From positions 11,346,001 through 11,410,000 of the forward strand of contig OZ059898.1 in assembly GCA_964057225.1 (NCBI GenBank): a stretch of DNA of 64,000 bases. The letters run 5' to 3'. The position numbers were made by a program, and so were the translations under genes. Below, piece after piece: positions 61,543-64,000 of the stretch (its first letter is position 1; each line of letters starts with the position of its first letter). This DNA is from Auanema rhodensis (lineage: Eukaryota; Animalia; Nematoda). The notes beneath the pieces are model-generated. The model was not told the DNA's origin. It saw only the letters and a program-made list of their open reading frames with translations, and searched no databases.

Positions 61543-64000
61543 GGATTCGAACCTACGCGGGCAGAGCCCAATTGATTTCTAGTCAATCTCCTTAACCACT
61601 CGGACATGACTGCTTGTATAAGGAATATACTTTACAGTTAAAGTGATAGACGCAATGATCTCGTACTTTTTGGAATAAGATCAAAAGGGATCATAAAATT
61701 GATTTCTCATGCAAAATATTCGCAGTCAGCAGGATTCGAACCTACGCGGGCAGAGCCCAATTGATTTCTAGTCAATCTCCTTAACCACTCGGACATGACT
61801 GCTTGTAAAAGTAATATACTTTACAGTTCAAGTGATAGACGCAATGATCTCGTACTTTTTGGAATAAGATCAAATGGGATCAAAAAATTGATTTCTCATG
61901 CAAAATATTCGCAGTCAGCAGGATTCGAACCTACGCGGGCAGAGCCCAATTGATTTCTAGTCAATCTCCTTAACCACTCGGACATGACTGCTTGTATAAG
62001 GAATATACTTTACACTTAAAGTGATAGACGCAATGATTTCGTACTTTTTGGAATAAGATCAAATGGGATCATAAAATTGATTTCTCATGCAAAATATTCG
62101 CAGTCAGCAGGATTCGAACCTACGCGGGCAGAGCCCAATTGATTTCTAGTCAATCTCCTTAACCACTCGGACATGACTGCTTGTATAAGGAATATACTTT
62201 ACAGTTAAAGTGATAGACGCAATGATCTCGTACTTTTTGGAATAAGATCAAATGGGATCATAAAATTGATTTCTCATGCAAAATATTCGCAGTCAGCAGG
62301 ATTCGAACCTACGCGGGCAGAGCCCAATTGATTTCTAGTCAATCTCCTTAACCACTCGGACATGACTGCTTGTAAAAGGAATATACTTTACAGTTAAAGT
62401 GATAGACGCAATGATCTCGTACTTTTTGGAATAAGATCAAAAGGGATCATAAAATTGATTTCTCATGCAAAATATTCGCAGTCAGCAGGATTCGAACCTA
62501 CGCGGGCAGAGCCCAATTGATTTCTAGTCAATCTCCTTAACCACTCGGACATGACTGCTTGTAAAAGGAATATACTTTACACTTAAAGTGATAGACGCAA
62601 TGATTTCGTACATATAGGAATTAGATCAAAAGGGATCATAAAATTGATTTCTCATGCAAAATATTCGCAGTCAGCAGGATTCGAACCTACGCGGGCAGAG
62701 CCCAATTGATTTCTAGTCAATCTCCTTAACCACTCGGACATGACTGCTTGTAAAAGGAATATACTTTACACTTAAAGTGATAGACGCAATGATTTCGTAC
62801 ATATAGGAATTAGATCAAAAGGGATCATAAAATTGATTTCTCATGCAAAATATTCGCAGTCAGCTAGATTCGAACCTACGCGGGCAGAGCCCAATTGATT
62901 TCTAGTCAATCTCCTTAACCACTCGGACATGACTGCTTGTATAAGGAATATACTTTACAGTTAAAGTGATAGACGCAATGATCTCGTACTTTTTGGAATA
63001 AGATCAAATGGGATCATAAAATTGATTTCTCATGCAAAATATTCGCAGTCAGCAGGATTCGAACCTACGCGGGCAGAGCCCAATTGATTTCTAGTCAATC
63101 TCCTTAACCACTCGGACATGACTGCTTGTAAAAGGAATATACTTTACAGTTAATGTGATAGACGCAATGATCTCGTACTTTTTGGAATAAGATCAAAAGG
63201 GATCATAAAATTGATTTCTCATGCAAAATATTCGCAGTCAGCAGGATTCGAACCTACGCGGGCAGAGCCCAATTGATTTCTAGTCAATCTCCTTAACCAC
63301 TCGGACATGACTGCTTGTAAAAGGAATATACTTTACACTTAAAGTGATAGACGCAATGATTTCCTACATATAGGAATTAGATCAGAAAGCATCAAAAAAT
63401 TGATTTCTCATGCAAAATATTCGCAGTCAGCAGGATTCGAACCTACGCGGGCAGAGCCCAATTGATTTCTAGTCAATCTCCTTAACCACTCGGACATGAC
63501 TGCTTGTAAAAGGAATATACTTTACACTTAAAGTGATAGATGCAATGATTTCGTACATATAGGAATTAGATCAGAAAGCATCAAAAAATTGATTTCTCAT
63601 GCAAAATATTCGCAGTCAGCAGGATTCGAACCTACGCGGGCAGAGCCCAATTGATTTCTAGTCAATCTCCTTAACCACTCGGACATGACTGCTTGTAAAA
63701 GGAATATACTTTACAGTTAAAGTGATAGACGCAATGATCTCGTACTTTTTGGAATAAGATCAAAAGGGATCATAAAATTGATTTCTCATGCAAAATATTC
63801 GCAGTCAGCAGGATTCGAACCTACGCGGGCAGAGCCCAATTGATTTCTAGTCAATCTCCTTAACCACTCGGACATGACTGCTTGTAAAAGTAATATACTT
63901 TACAGTTCAAGTGATAGACGCAATGATCTCGTACTTTTTGGAATAAGATCAAATGGGATCAAAAAATTGATTTCTCATGCAAAATATTCGCAGTCAGCAG
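61543..64000 (-). repeat. tRNA-Ser(AGA) array block 7: 12 intact genes, continues past window
   Basis: Genes from 61721 to 63800; partial copy at 63989. Confidence 0.96.

Noticed and set aside
8932-64000. CRISPR array
   Set aside because: Spacers are near-identical, the repeat is a full tRNA gene, there are no cas genes and the context is eukaryotic.

Overview
Eukaryotic, almost certainly nematode, DNA. The backbone is a head-to-tail array of 189-bp units, each with one 82-nt tRNA-Ser(AGA) gene on the minus strand: about 140 full-length copies, 4 copies split by insertions and 1 cut by the window edge. The array hosts several mobile elements. (1) Two related Ty3/Gypsy families: A (partial, 1-8931, minus) and B (complete, 49463-61542, identical LTRs). 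Each encodes one polyprotein in the order Gag - signal peptide - gB/chuvirus-like glycoprotein - TM - PR - RT - RNaseH - IN. They have non-canonical CG...CG LTR ends, 4-bp TSDs, a tRNA-Gln PBS with a second tRNA-Gln-complementary site in U5, and a 1.0-1.3 kb AUG-free but open 5' part of the ORF. (2) Three 3.3-kb non-autonomous A elements whose internal deletion looks like a removed intron. (3) A family B solo LTR. (4) Two intact Mutator-like transposons inserted at the same position in the tRNA B-box, a candidate tRNA-gene-specific DNA transposon. All calls were made by eye, with no database searches.
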